Shown here in pieces: positions 36,089 through 46,468 of a DNA stretch of 64,000 bases; the first letter of the stretch is position 1, and each line of letters starts with the position of its first letter. The DNA is taken from positions 62,001 through 126,000 of IMG/VR virus record IMGVR_UViG_3300032240_001991; one strand, written 5' to 3'. The position numbers and the translations under genes were made by a program. The notes beneath the pieces were generated by a model. It did not search any database and was not told where the DNA came from. It saw only the letters and a list, made by a program, of their open reading frames with translations.

Positions 36089-37078
36089 ATGCCATTTGTT
36101 GGAACACTTAATGCAGGATTTCAAGCAGGAAGAAAGGTTGGAACTTCAACTTCACCTATCTTTAATTTCTTTTCCTTTACTTTCAATAGTGCAAACGTAG
36201 TAGGAAGAACAGGTCCTAGTTTAAACCAGTTATTAGCAAATTATAATACCGTTGCTAATCCTTGGTTATTAAATTCAAATTATTTTAGTACATCAACAGT
36301 TAATCCAGGTGTTCAGTACTGGACTGTTCCGTCAGACGGAGTCTATAGAATTACAGCAAAAGGAGCGCAAGGCTCTAATCCAAATGGCAACGGTGGCAAC
36401 GGGGCTGTAATGCAGGGAGACTTTAACCTAGTCAAAGGCGACAGGTATATGATACTTGTTGGTCAGGTTGCTCCCAACACAGGTCATGAAGACATTGAAA
36501 GCTCAGGCGGAGGAGCAAGTTGGGTAGTTAAGTATTCTGGAACTACTTCAACAATTGCCGAACTATTATTAGTTGCGGGCGGAGGTGGCGGTACGAACAG
36601 TGATACTCCATCCACTGCTCATGCATCTATTTCAACAACAGGAAATCCTGGAACACTATTAGGTGGTGGTTCAGGTGGCGTAGGTGGCAACGGCGGTACT
36701 CAAGGTAATGGCGGTTCTACTGGCGCAGGTGGCGGATTCCTTACAGACGGATACAGCGACGTAGGCATTACTACAAACGGTGGCGGCAAGTCGTTTATAT
36801 CTGGTGGCCTTGGTGGAGAGATCAATTCTACATATGCAGTCAATGGCGGCGGCTTTGGCGGCGGCGGATCTACAACTAATGGTCCATATGGACGGTGTGG
36901 TGGCGGTGGTGGCTATTCCGGTGGCGGTGGATCCGCATTAGGTCTTAATGGAGTTGCAGAAGCAGGACTGGCTGGCGGCGGTGGCGGAAGTTATAATGTA
37001 GGAGCCAACCAGGTCAATTTAACTGGCGCTGTATCTGGAAACACCGGAAGCGGCGTTGTTACGATAGTCTTGCTTTAA
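36089..37078 (+). CDS. Gly-rich domain virion protein
   Basis: WTVPSDG.YRITAKGAQG...[30 protein letters not shown]. Confidence 0.8.
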   Translation: MPFVGTLNAGFQAGRKVGTSTSPIFNFFSFTFNSANVVGRTGPSLNQLLANYNTVANPWLLNSNYFSTSTVNPGVQYWTVPSDGVYRITAKGAQGSNPNGNGGNGAVMQGDFNLVKGDRYMILVGQVAPNTGHEDIESSGGGASWVVKYSGTTSTIAELLLVAGGGGGTNSDTPSTAHASISTTGNPGTLLGGGSGGVGGNGGTQGNGGSTGAGGGFLTDGYSDVGITTNGGGKSFISGGLGGEINSTYAVNGGGFGGGGSTTNGPYGRCGGGGGYSGGGGSALGLNGVAEAGLAGGGGGSYNVGANQVNLTGAVSGNTGSGVVTIVLL

Positions 37079-37391
37079 GATCTTCTATACTATCTTCTTC
37101 ACTACTACGAGTAGGTACAGGATCCGGAGAAGGAGTTGTCTCTACTCTAGGCGGTGTTGATGTAGAGTTTGAATTAGAACTAGATTGGCTTAATGATATA
37201 CCTCCTAGCAACCCTACAAATGCACCGATAACAGTGTTAAAAGCTGGACCAATAATTGAAAAGATTTCTTTATTGTCTACCACATCGTTAGGCATGAATA
37301 TGCCTACCATGAGAACTGCAACCACAACAAGAATAATAACTGCAAGAGTTGTGACCGCTACTTTTAAAATCCAGCTTGTAACATGTTCCAT
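37059..37391 (-). CDS. Two-TM membrane protein downstream of the endolysin (holin-like candidate)
   Basis: Two hydrophobic helices and a polar tail; co-oriented with the GH19 gene. Confidence 0.55.
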   Translation of the reverse strand: MEHVTSWILKVAVTTLAVIILVVVAVLMVGIFMPNDVVDNKEIFSIIGPAFNTVIGAFVGLLGGISLSQSSSNSNSTSTPPRVETTPSPDPVPTRSSEEDSIEDLKARLS

Positions 37392-37401
37392 AATAATTAC
37401 C

Positions 37402-38016
37402 TCAAGCTAACCAAGCTGCATACTTCTTGGTTTTTGCTACACGATCGTCTAATCCAATAGTGCCACCATTAACAGCTTTAGTTACTTTTAGAATAGCATC
37501 ATCAGTGACACCAAGATCGCACATTGCCCAAATATGTTTCTTTTCAAAGAACCACAGCGCACTTTCAAATGCGTAATCAGTAGCAACAACATCTGGATTG
37601 GTCATAATTTCTGGATGCTTGATATAGTCAGAGAATGCTTTATAATTGTCATGACCAGTTAACTGTATAGCACCTCTTCCACGGAACTTCCATCCATCAC
37701 CAGATGCTTCAGGTCCGTTACCCATTCTTGATGCATATACTTTATTAGCAATCTTTTCTGGATTGCGTGCATATGGTGTAGAATGATCTAAATCTGCAAA
37801 ATACTTATGGAAAACCTTTACTAAACCTTCGGCACTGTAGTTTAGATTTTCTTTGAATACTTTAAAATCTCCACTTTCGTGTGCTGCCTGCGCAAAAAAG
37901 TGCGCTGCTCTGTTTGGAGTTAAATTGTAGTGTTTCATTGCAGCGACAAGAGTATCCTTGTCAAAAGTATGATCTGCAGGTAATCCAAGTTTTTTCTTCA
38001 ATAATGCTAAAGGCAT
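37402..38016 (-). CDS. Glycoside hydrolase family 19 endolysin
   Basis: AAHFFAQAAHESGDF..ENLNYS, GDGWKFRGRGAIQLTGHDNY, SALWFF, KAVNGG.IGLDDR. Confidence 0.93.
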   Translation of the reverse strand: MPLALLKKKLGLPADHTFDKDTLVAAMKHYNLTPNRAAHFFAQAAHESGDFKVFKENLNYSAEGLVKVFHKYFADLDHSTPYARNPEKIANKVYASRMGNGPEASGDGWKFRGRGAIQLTGHDNYKAFSDYIKHPEIMTNPDVVATDYAFESALWFFEKKHIWAMCDLGVTDDAILKVTKAVNGGTIGLDDRVAKTKKYAAWLA

Positions 38017-38085
38017 TTAATGTCTCCTTTGTGTACAATTATTTAACTAATTTTTACCAAAATTATTCTACTAAATACATTTACT

Positions 38086-38322
38086 ATGTCAGCAAACGGA
38101 ATTTCTACAATAACTGTACCAGGTGATCCAACAGCCACAAAATTGGCTAGACGCAACGCTAAATTAGCTGCTGCTACTGCTAAAAGAAGTAGCCTTACTA
38201 CTAGTACTTGGTATAGAACATTACATACCATAACAGGCACACACGTAGCCTATGTTAATGGAGCACTTAACAGTTCTGTAAGTGGTACCACTAGCCCATC
38301 AACTGGACATCCTTGGGTATAA
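38086..38322 (+). CDS. Small virion-type hypothetical protein
   Basis: MSANGIST...K..R..KL..A..KR pattern; TAAATA 8 nt before the ATG. Confidence 0.7.
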   Translation: MSANGISTITVPGDPTATKLARRNAKLAAATAKRSSLTTSTWYRTLHTITGTHVAYVNGALNSSVSGTTSPSTGHPWV

Positions 38323-38379
38323 AAAGTCGTTGATTCTAAATCAATAATGCTATAATATGCGCATATTAAATATGAGCAT

Positions 38380-41300
38380 ATGAATAACCCTATAAAGATT
38401 GCATTTATTGACTGTATTGGTCTCAATTATGACGGAACCACATTAACTAAAAAAGGCATTGGTGGTTCGGAAAGTTCTATTATTTCTGTTGCAAAAGAAC
38501 TTGCAAAATTAAATTTTCAAGTTTTTGTTTTCAACGACTGTGAAACATCAGAAACTAGTCCTGGATTTTACGATAACGTTCTCTATTACCCTATGCGTAC
38601 TTTAGGAGAGCATGACTTTGATTTTGATATCGTAATCAGCCAACGTACAGTAATTCCTTTTACTCCAATTGAGTTGTACGATCAAGTAAGACAACCACCT
38701 CCAAGAGACTATGATCCAACTATCTTTAGACAGGTACAAAGACCTAATCAATTAAAGATACTGTGGATGCAAGACACTTTTATTTGGGGAGATAATCTCC
38801 TTGAATATCTGGTGATCAATAATCACATAAATGAAATTTTTAATATTAGTGACTGGCACATTTCCTATACGACAAATTGCAACCACGGTGTTAAAAGACA
38901 GTTTGAAGTTCTTAAAGATAAGATGTTCCTAACTAGAAACGCAATCAATCGTTGGATAGATTGGGTAGACATTAAAGAAAAGGATCCTAATCTTTTTGTT
39001 TATAATGCGTCAATTACTAAAGGAATGATGCCGTTAGTGCAACGCATATGGCCTAGATTAAAACAACATCTACCTGATGCTAAATTAAAGATCATTGGCG
39101 GGTACTATGCGTTTAGAACCGAACCACTTAGTCCTGCACAACAACAATGGGTTACCTTACAGCAAAGCGTAGCACATGACACTTCTATAGAGTTTACAGG
39201 TGTTATTCCTCAGCCTCAGATTGCAGAAATAATGGCCAAGGCCAGTTACTTTCTTTATCCGGGAGCTTACCCTGAAACATCAGGAATAAGCACAATAGAA
39301 AGTATCAATTATAATACTCCTATTATTGGAACTCGTTTTGGTGCAATGGAAGAATCTGGTACAGAGGATGCTAGCTATTTTATTGACTATGCTATAGAAC
39401 CAAACGGGTTATATCCATGGATCAATGTTGATCAACAAGTAGATCGTTATGTTGAACTAGTATTAAAGGTTGTTAATAATAGATATCTACATCAGCAGAA
39501 ACAATATGCATGTAACGCTGTTAAAGACATATCAACCTGGGATACTGTTGCGCTGCAATGGAAGCAACATTTCTACTACAAGTTAGGACTTGAATTACTT
39601 GCAGAAGAAAAAGAAAAAGTAGAGTGGATCAATTATCGTGTTCATAAAGTTTTTAAAAGAAGATTTATGAACCCTGAGGAAGTCATTGTAACTCCTCCAT
39701 CTCAGATTGAACCTCTGCCTGAAAATAAAAAAGTAAAGGTTGCATTTGTTGATATTGTAGGTATGACATACGACGGCGACACACTTAATCAAAAAGGTTT
39801 AGGCGGAAGTGAGAGTGCTGTTATTCTCTGCAGTCGTGAAATGGTTAAGCTAGGCATTGATGTTACTGTATTCAACGCTTGCGACGAAGCTGACAGCAAG
39901 CCAGGAATATATGACGGTGTACGTTATCGTCCTCTAGCAGAGATTGCTACAGACTTTGAAAGATACGATGTAGTTATTAGTAGTCGTGTTGTAACACCGT
40001 TTATAACTCCGCCGTGGTATGGCTACCCTCAACAGACAAATCGTAAGTTTGATTATACTGCGTTTGAAAGAATGAGAGAATATGCCAAACTTAAAGTATT
40101 TTGGATGCATGATACTTTCTGTTGGGGAGACGATATATTAGAAGATCTAGTATCAGCGGGAGCAATTGACGAAATCTGGACGCTAAGTGATTTTCATACC
40201 AATTACGTAATGAACTGCGCACATCCAAAACTAAGGAACTACGAAGTTCTTAGAAATCACGTTTGGACTACACGCAACGGGTTAGTCAAGTATTTTAATT
40301 CAGTTGATATTGAATCTAAAGATCCTAACCTGTTTATATTCAATGCCAATATGAGTAAAGGACTGGATCCCCTGTTGAACTCTGTTTGGCCAAAGGTGCT
40401 ACAAAGAATTCCATCGGCTAAGTTAGTAGTAATGGGCGGGCATTATAAACTTGGTGCAGCTTTTGCTCATAACGACGAAGAAACAGAGTTTATGAAAGTT
40501 GTTGGAGCACATTTAAATAATCCATCAATTACCTTTACAGGTATTATCAGTCAACGTGAAGTTGCCTTATGGAGTGCACAGGCCAGTTTCTTTATCTATC
40601 CAACAGCTTTTCCTGAAACATACGGCATTAGTACTTTAGAATCTCTGTATGCAAACACGCCAATGATATCATGCCGCTTTGGTGCATTAGAAGAAACTGC
40701 CAGTCCTCAAGGTTATCTAATTGACTACTCAGCTACTCCAAACGGTTTATATCCCAATGTTGATCTAGAAAGGCAGTCAACTCTGCTTGCTGACCTAGCA
40801 TTAAGTGCTTACAACAACAGAGAAGAACATATTCGCAGAATGAAGGCACTTGATGAGATTAAAGATTTAGCAGGCTGGGACGTAGTAGCATTAGAATGGA
40901 AACAACACTTTTATAATAAATTAGGTCTATATCTAAGCCCTAGCGAATCTAGACAGGCAAATTATACTAAGAGTAAGTATCACAAAGTTTTTAATAGAAG
41001 ATTTAGCACAGAAGAAGAATGGCTAGCACCTAAACAACTTGCTGAAAAACATATTGTAATTATAAGTCCTTTCTATAATGCAAAGGATTATATTGAACGT
41101 TGTATTGCTAGTGTTGCATCTCAAGATTACAACAACTATCATCATATTTTAATTGATGATTGTAGTAATGATGATGGACAATCTGTAGCCGAAAACTATA
41201 TTTCTTGGTTGCCTAATAATTTAAGAAATAAATTTTATCTAATAAGAAATTTAACTAACTGCGGAGCAGTCTTTAATCACATAACATCAATTAGAGAAGT

Positions 41301-42441
41301 TAACGACGATTCAATTATAATGTTGTTAGATGGTGACGACAGCCTAGTTAATCGCCCAGATATCCTTACCTATTATAATAAGATACATCAAGATTATGAT
41401 TTTACATACGGTTCCTCTTGGAGTATGGTCGACAACATCCCTTTAATCAGTCAACCATATCCCCCAAATGTTAAAGAAACAAAGTCGTACAAAAATTATA
41501 AGTTTAACTGGATAGTTCCTTATACACATTTGAGAACGATGAAAGCGTTTTTATTGAAAAAAGAACCAGACAGTGTTTTCCAAGATCGCGATGGTAATTG
41601 GTTTAAAGCAGGGGGTGACCTGTCAACATTCTATACCGCATTGAAAAATTGTGATCCTAACAGAGTTTTTGTTGTTCCAGATATAGTTTATAATTATAAT
41701 GACGCTAGTCCTCTAAATGATTATAAAGTTAATAAAGAAGAACAGGATCGTACGGTTCAGTCTATAATAAGAACTACTTCTTTAGAACTTAAAATTCCTG
41801 CTAACACACCCCCAAAAATAGAAGAACCTGCTCCGCCAGCAAAGAAGAGAATACTTATTGCTATTCCAACTAACAGAAACATAGAAGCTGAAACTTTTAA
41901 AAGTATATACAATCTAATCATACCTGACGGTTATACTGTAGAATTCCAATATTTCTGGGGATATCAAGTTGACCAAGTTAGAAATCTTATTGCTCACTGG
42001 ATTATTAATTACGGATATAATTATCTGTTTGCCGTAGATAGTGACATTGCGTTTGCTCCAGATACACTTGTTAAGCTGCTATCTCATGATAAAGATCTTG
42101 TTAGTGGTATCTATGTACAACGTATTCCAGGCAGACACACTATTGAGATTATGCGTAAGAATAATCAAGGTGGAGTAAGCCATGTTGATTGGAATGAAAT
42201 TCGTGGACAAGGATTAATACAAATTGAAGGCTGCGGGTTTGGATGTGTATTAGTCAAGGCTGAAGTTTTCAAAGCAATTCCTTACCCGCATTTCTTATAT
42301 CATAGTGCAATTGATCATGCCAATACACTAAGTGAAGATGTACACTTCTGTAATCAAATGAGAGACAGAGGATTTAGTCTATGGGCAGATACTAGTATAA
42401 TCTGCGATCACATAGGTTCTTGGACATTTAAAGTAGAATAA
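38380..42441 (+). CDS. Multidomain glycosyltransferase (two GT-B repeats, GT2, second GT-A)
   Basis: Internal duplication GIGGSESS / GLGGSESA, each with a YP..YPET.GIS..E donor loop; IISPFYNA...DDCSND...LLDGDD; ILIAIPT...FAVDSD. Confidence 0.88.
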   Translation: MNNPIKIAFIDCIGLNYDGTTLTKKGIGGSESSIISVAKELAKLNFQVFVFNDCETSETSPGFYDNVLYYPMRTLGEHDFDFDIVISQRTVIPFTPIELYDQVRQPPPRDYDPTIFRQVQRPNQLKILWMQDTFIWGDNLLEYLVINNHINEIFNISDWHISYTTNCNHGVKRQFEVLKDKMFLTRNAINRWIDWVDIKEKDPNLFVYNASITKGMMPLVQRIWPRLKQHLPDAKLKIIGGYYAFRTEPLSPAQQQWVTLQQSVAHDTSIEFTGVIPQPQIAEIMAKASYFLYPGAYPETSGISTIESINYNTPIIGTRFGAMEESGTEDASYFIDYAIEPNGLYPWINVDQQVDRYVELVLKVVNNRYLHQQKQYACNAVKDISTWDTVALQWKQHFYYKLGLELLAEEKEKVEWINYRVHKVFKRRFMNPEEVIVTPPSQIEPLPENKKVKVAFVDIVGMTYDGDTLNQKGLGGSESAVILCSREMVKLGIDVTVFNACDEADSKPGIYDGVRYRPLAEIATDFERYDVVISSRVVTPFITPPWYGYPQQTNRKFDYTAFERMREYAKLKVFWMHDTFCWGDDILEDLVSAGAIDEIWTLSDFHTNYVMNCAHPKLRNYEVLRNHVWTTRNGLVKYFNSVDIESKDPNLFIFNANMSKGLDPLLNSVWPKVLQRIPSAKLVVMGGHYKLGAAFAHNDEETEFMKVVGAHLNNPSITFTGIISQREVALWSAQASFFIYPTAFPETYGISTLESLYANTPMISCRFGALEETASPQGYLIDYSATPNGLYPNVDLERQSTLLADLALSAYNNREEHIRRMKALDEIKDLAGWDVVALEWKQHFYNKLGLYLSPSESRQANYTKSKYHKVFNRRFSTEEEWLAPKQLAEKHIVIISPFYNAKDYIERCIASVASQDYNNYHHILIDDCSNDDGQSVAENYISWLPNNLRNKFYLIRNLTNCGAVFNHITSIREVNDDSIIMLLDGDDSLVNRPDILTYYNKIHQDYDFTYGSSWSMVDNIPLISQPYPPNVKETKSYKNYKFNWIVPYTHLRTMKAFLLKKEPDSVFQDRDGNWFKAGGDLSTFYTALKNCDPNRVFVVPDIVYNYNDASPLNDYKVNKEEQDRTVQSIIRTTSLELKIPANTPPKIEEPAPPAKKRILIAIPTNRNIEAETFKSIYNLIIPDGYTVEFQYFWGYQVDQVRNLIAHWIINYGYNYLFAVDSDIAFAPDTLVKLLSHDKDLVSGIYVQRIPGRHTIEIMRKNNQGGVSHVDWNEIRGQGLIQIEGCGFGCVLVKAEVFKAIPYPHFLYHSAIDHANTLSEDVHFCNQMRDRGFSLWADTSIICDHIGSWTFKVE

Positions 42442-42442
42442 A

Positions 42443-43054
42443 ATGAATTATAAGTTAGAAACAGATTGTGAAGATTATCATGTACTTGTTAATGCTGTAA
42501 AACAAATAAAAAATGTTTCTGGCATTGTATGTGAGATTGGAACTAGACGTGGTGGAAGCATGAAACTGATTATTGATTCGTTATTAGAAAATAACGATTA
42601 TAATCGTAATGTGATTGGGATAGATCCGTACGGCAATCTTGAATACATAAGTAGTGAAGGTCAAAGTATTCGATACGATTATACTAATAATATGCGTAAC
42701 GAAACTATGATAGCATTATATCAATATGTTATTGGAAAACCTGTTAACTTAATAATGTATCATTTAGAAGACACAGAATTTTTTGAAAGATTTAAAAATG
42801 GTGTTCCTTTCTACAATGATTTTAAAATAGTTCAAACGGAATATAGTTTAGTTTTCTTTGACGGACCTCACGGATTAGATGCTATTATAAATGAAATGAA
42901 ATTTTTTTATGATAAAACTCCTATAGGAGGTCTATGGGTAGTTGATGATATACATGTTATCCCATATCATTTACTAAAAGATATGCTAAACAATAGTGGG
43001 TTTGAGTTAGTTGAAGAAACAAGAATTAAAGCTAGTTACAAAAAGGTAAGATAA
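42443..43054 (+). CDS. Class I SAM-dependent methyltransferase (TylF/Methyltransf_24-like)
   Basis: VCEIGTRRGGS, IGIDPY, LVFFDGPH, GGLWVVDD. Confidence 0.85.
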   Translation: MNYKLETDCEDYHVLVNAVKQIKNVSGIVCEIGTRRGGSMKLIIDSLLENNDYNRNVIGIDPYGNLEYISSEGQSIRYDYTNNMRNETMIALYQYVIGKPVNLIMYHLEDTEFFERFKNGVPFYNDFKIVQTEYSLVFFDGPHGLDAIINEMKFFYDKTPIGGLWVVDDIHVIPYHLLKDMLNNSGFELVEETRIKASYKKVR

Positions 43055-43701
43055 TGTCTCAAAGAATGTATTTTTATCAAGAAGAACTCTGGGGAAGACC
43101 AGACGTACTAAATTACGTTACCAACCTTAAATCTCAAAATCCTAGGTTCACACTTATTGATATTGGAGCCAGTTGGAATCATTTCAGTACAGATTTCCTA
43201 ACGCATACGTTTGATTTAAATCCTCACGGTATCTCTAACGTTCACGCTTTTCAAGGAGATATGAATGATTATGAAGATTGGATTCAACTGTTTGAATATG
43301 TAGAAAAGAACGGTAAGTTTGACTTTTGTAACTGTACACATACACTAGAAGATATTGCCTATCCTTTTGCAGCATTGAAATACATGCCTCGTATTGCTAA
43401 AGAAGGATTTATTGCTGTTCCTAGCAAATACTGGGAACTACAGCGTAGAGATCTAATGCGCGGTGGGCACCATCATAGATGGATTTTTGATGATAAAGAG
43501 GGAACGCTTTTAGCTTATCCTAAAATCAATCTTATTGAATATATGCAAAAGTACGATACGCACAATGAATTGATTAATAACTATGCTAATTTGGAGCTCA
43601 GAATCTTTTGGAAAGATAGCATCTCATTTGCAGTCATTAATAACGACTATCTAGGGCCGTCATTTCAGGATGTGATCAATATGTACGATGCGCTTCTTTA
43701 A
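43054..43701 (+). CDS. Methyltransferase-like protein
   Basis: LIDIGAS, FDFCNCTHTLEDI, IAVPS. Confidence 0.7.
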   Translation: MSQRMYFYQEELWGRPDVLNYVTNLKSQNPRFTLIDIGASWNHFSTDFLTHTFDLNPHGISNVHAFQGDMNDYEDWIQLFEYVEKNGKFDFCNCTHTLEDIAYPFAALKYMPRIAKEGFIAVPSKYWELQRRDLMRGGHHHRWIFDDKEGTLLAYPKINLIEYMQKYDTHNELINNYANLELRIFWKDSISFAVINNDYLGPSFQDVINMYDALL

Positions 43702-43713
43702 AATAAATAAAGG

Positions 43714-45024
43714 ATGCGTATAACAGAAATTTTATTAGAAGGTAAAAAAGAAGAGTTTATTAGAGCACTAAAGGACTTTGTTCCTTTAGCCAAAAAAACT
43801 CTAGAATTAGATTCTTTACCTAAAATAAAATTTCTAAGATCTGTTGAAGACCCTACACAACCTACTTTTGGAAAGTATGTAAATCATAAAAAGACTATCT
43901 ATCTAGCCGTTGAAAATAGACACATTATAGATGTTTTAAGAACCTTAGCACACGAACTTGTGCATTACAAGCAAGATTTAGAAGGTAGATTAGGCCCTAA
44001 AAGCGGAAAAACAGGAAGTCCAGAAGAAAACGAGGCGCACGCAATAGCCGGTATTGTGATGCGTAGATTTGATAAGAAGTTCCGTCACTACTTTCATGAC
44101 CAGCCCTTAGATGGGTTAGAAGAAGGAAAAAACTGGAACGAATTTAAGAGAAAATTAAAACATACAGGACAAGTAGCAACCGGAATGGCTGTAGGAATAG
44201 GAGCGTTAAAAGGATACGATTACCTTAACAATAAACCAGAACCAGCTCCTCAAGCACAATCTCAGCCAGCTCCAGCTGTAGATTATGACGAGTTTAACCA
44301 ATATGACTACGAAGTGCCGCCTGACGAAACAGTTCCTGAAATTGAAGCGGACAAAGAACGCATAGTACAGCAAGCAGCAAAAGTAAAAAAGTTAAAAGTA
44401 CCACATTCTGATAGTAAGCCTGCTGCAAAAAAAGGAAAAATATCAAGAGCCGAACAACAAAAACTAGCATATGTTAACGCACAAAAAATGTTGAAGCTAC
44501 CTGATCCATACGAAAACTATGTTAAAGAAATTGCAATAGCAGAGGGCATTGTTGGAGAAGAATTAGATCAATTTTTAGGACAGTTAGCACACGAAAGTGC
44601 TAACTTTACTGCTTTTGAAGAAAGAGCAGACAGTACCGGAAAAAACTACTTTATTAAGAAATATTGGAAAGATAAAGAAAAAAGAACTAAGTTAGGAAAT
44701 GTGCAATTAAGTGATGCCTGGAGATATCGTGGGAGAGGTCTTATACACTTAACAGGTAGAGATAACTACCAAAGGGCTGGCAAGGCTCTTGGATTTGATC
44801 TAGTTGGTAACCCTCACTTAGCATCAAAACCTGATATAGCAATTAAGATTGCAATATGGTACTGGAAAAATAGAGTTTCTAATAAAGTGTCACCGGAAGA
44901 AATGAGCAACACGGGTAAAGTTACACACTGTATCAATCCTGGTGCTAACAAGACAAATGTTGAAAAACGTAATAGTCGAGTCAGTTGGTTCCGTCGGTTC
45001 TTTGGTAGCGGTGGCGCGGGATAA
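43714..45024 (+). CDS. Zincin-motif plus GH19 lysozyme fusion with a capsid-targeting-like N-terminus
   Basis: MRITEILLE; LRTLAHELVHYKQ...ENEA (HExxH); FLGQLAHESANF, YRGRGLIHLTGRDNY. Confidence 0.85.
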   Translation: MRITEILLEGKKEEFIRALKDFVPLAKKTLELDSLPKIKFLRSVEDPTQPTFGKYVNHKKTIYLAVENRHIIDVLRTLAHELVHYKQDLEGRLGPKSGKTGSPEENEAHAIAGIVMRRFDKKFRHYFHDQPLDGLEEGKNWNEFKRKLKHTGQVATGMAVGIGALKGYDYLNNKPEPAPQAQSQPAPAVDYDEFNQYDYEVPPDETVPEIEADKERIVQQAAKVKKLKVPHSDSKPAAKKGKISRAEQQKLAYVNAQKMLKLPDPYENYVKEIAIAEGIVGEELDQFLGQLAHESANFTAFEERADSTGKNYFIKKYWKDKEKRTKLGNVQLSDAWRYRGRGLIHLTGRDNYQRAGKALGFDLVGNPHLASKPDIAIKIAIWYWKNRVSNKVSPEEMSNTGKVTHCINPGANKTNVEKRNSRVSWFRRFFGSGGAG

Positions 45025-45054
45025 AAAAATCCCCAGCTATTTCTAACTGGGGAT
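45023..45054 (-). terminator. Intrinsic terminator between convergent genes
   Basis: ATCCCCAG-loop-CTGGGGAT with an A7 run on the plus side (U-tract on minus). Confidence 0.75.
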
Positions 45055-45093
45055 CACGTCTATATTATATTATTATAGGCTACGCCACTTCTG

Positions 45094-45363
45094 TTACTTT
45101 TTATTACCATTATTTACAAAATTATACATTTTTTCTGCTGTGGCTAGTACATGGTCCAAACCGGGGAAGTCCGGCATCGCAACCGTAGTAACGATCTGAC
45201 CAGTTTTTTCATCTCGGGCTGCGCTCATCTCCCAACCCGCAAACTTGGCACTATATTCTGCCTGTACTAGGTCCTTTGCCATAGCAAGAATGTCGGTCCT
45301 AATCTCATAACCATTCTTATTAAACTTAACTTCTGGGACCTTTGGTGCGTAATCATTTGACAT
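45094..45363 (-). CDS. Conserved phage hypothetical protein
   Basis: KNGYEIRTDILAMAK...AEKMYNFVN; AAGGAG RBS. Confidence 0.8.
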   Translation of the reverse strand: MSNDYAPKVPEVKFNKNGYEIRTDILAMAKDLVQAEYSAKFAGWEMSAARDEKTGQIVTTVAMPDFPGLDHVLATAEKMYNFVNNGNKK

Positions 45364-45547
45364 ATGTTTCTCCTTGTGTGTGTATGTCTTACTGAAACAG
45401 TGTTTTTAACTGTTACAAATATTATATATGCTTACGCACTTAAACTCAAGCAGGTTCTGAATTTTTTACTAGGTTATTCAACCATTTAACGACTACAAAT
45501 AAGAAATAATTCAAATTGAAAATAATAAATATCTAAAAGGATTAGTT

Positions 45548-45847
45548 GTGCAGAAGAAAACTAGAAGTCTTTTAGAAGAACTCAACGAGTTTGCAGCTAA
45601 GAAAGATAGAGAACACATACTGGAAAATAGAGCTGTTCATATCATTGACTCTGCTATTAATTTACTAGCACTTATACGTGAAAATTTTGATCCAGAATCT
45701 GCTTACGAGCTTGAAAGACGGTTTGTAAACAGTATCAAAGGATCAGATTCATCTAAATTTGTTCGAGGAATACGTAGATTACGAGATAACAGAGAAACTT
45801 TACGTAGTTTACGTATTGTAGAAGGCAATTTAAAAGACGAAGATTAA
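45548..45847 (+). CDS. Conserved phage hypothetical protein
   Basis: MQKKTRSLLEEL...ELERRFVNSIKG.D..KF.RG; TAAATA upstream. Confidence 0.8.
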   Translation: MQKKTRSLLEELNEFAAKKDREHILENRAVHIIDSAINLLALIRENFDPESAYELERRFVNSIKGSDSSKFVRGIRRLRDNRETLRSLRIVEGNLKDED

Positions 45848-45923
45848 TTCAATTTTTTTTTCATTTTGATAAATATTAGCATGAAGGTTCCGAGGAGGAA
45901 CTTCACAAGATAAGGAGATTAAC

Positions 45924-46376
45924 ATGACATTTGGAATTTCACGTGTACACGGTTCCTTAATTGCACCAAAGAATTTCGCTGGTGTAACACTACAGGACTT
46001 TACACTAACATTTTGGAGCGGTAACTACACATCCGCATGGCGCGATTGGAACGGTGGTCAGGGTACAACAGACGGTGCTCTAGACAAGGTTTTCCGCACA
46101 GCAGTTGAAACAATTGGAACTGTAAGCCGTGTTGGTACACTCAACACAGCAACAGGTGCTCTACACTTTGCTCTAGAAGTACTAGGCGGTGATCTAGACA
46201 GTGACGCATACCTAGGTATGGGTCTCCCAGGCAGCTCTGCTACAACACACGCTGCTCTAACAGCAGCTGTCGTTGCCCTTGGCGATATGAGCTTCTGGTG
46301 CAACACTGGTACATCAGCTGCATACTATGCAACTGTAAACCTAACCAGCGCAACAGTTGGCACATTCACATACTAA
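45924..46376 (+). CDS. Probable abundant virion protein
   Basis: TAAATA, leader hairpin, AAGGAG RBS, strongly biased codons, own terminator. Confidence 0.7.
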   Translation: MTFGISRVHGSLIAPKNFAGVTLQDFTLTFWSGNYTSAWRDWNGGQGTTDGALDKVFRTAVETIGTVSRVGTLNTATGALHFALEVLGGDLDSDAYLGMGLPGSSATTHAALTAAVVALGDMSFWCNTGTSAAYYATVNLTSATVGTFTY

Positions 46377-46400
46377 TTTAAAAAGTTAGTTTTGCGATTT

Positions 46401-46433
46401 GAAAGGCGGTCTTTATGGCCGCCTTTCTTTTTG
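46401..46433 (+). terminator. Rho-independent terminator
   Basis: GAAAGGCGG-loop-CCGCCTTTC followed by a T run. Confidence 0.9.
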
Positions 46434-46468
46434 ACTTATAAATACCTATAACAATATGTAGGTATATA

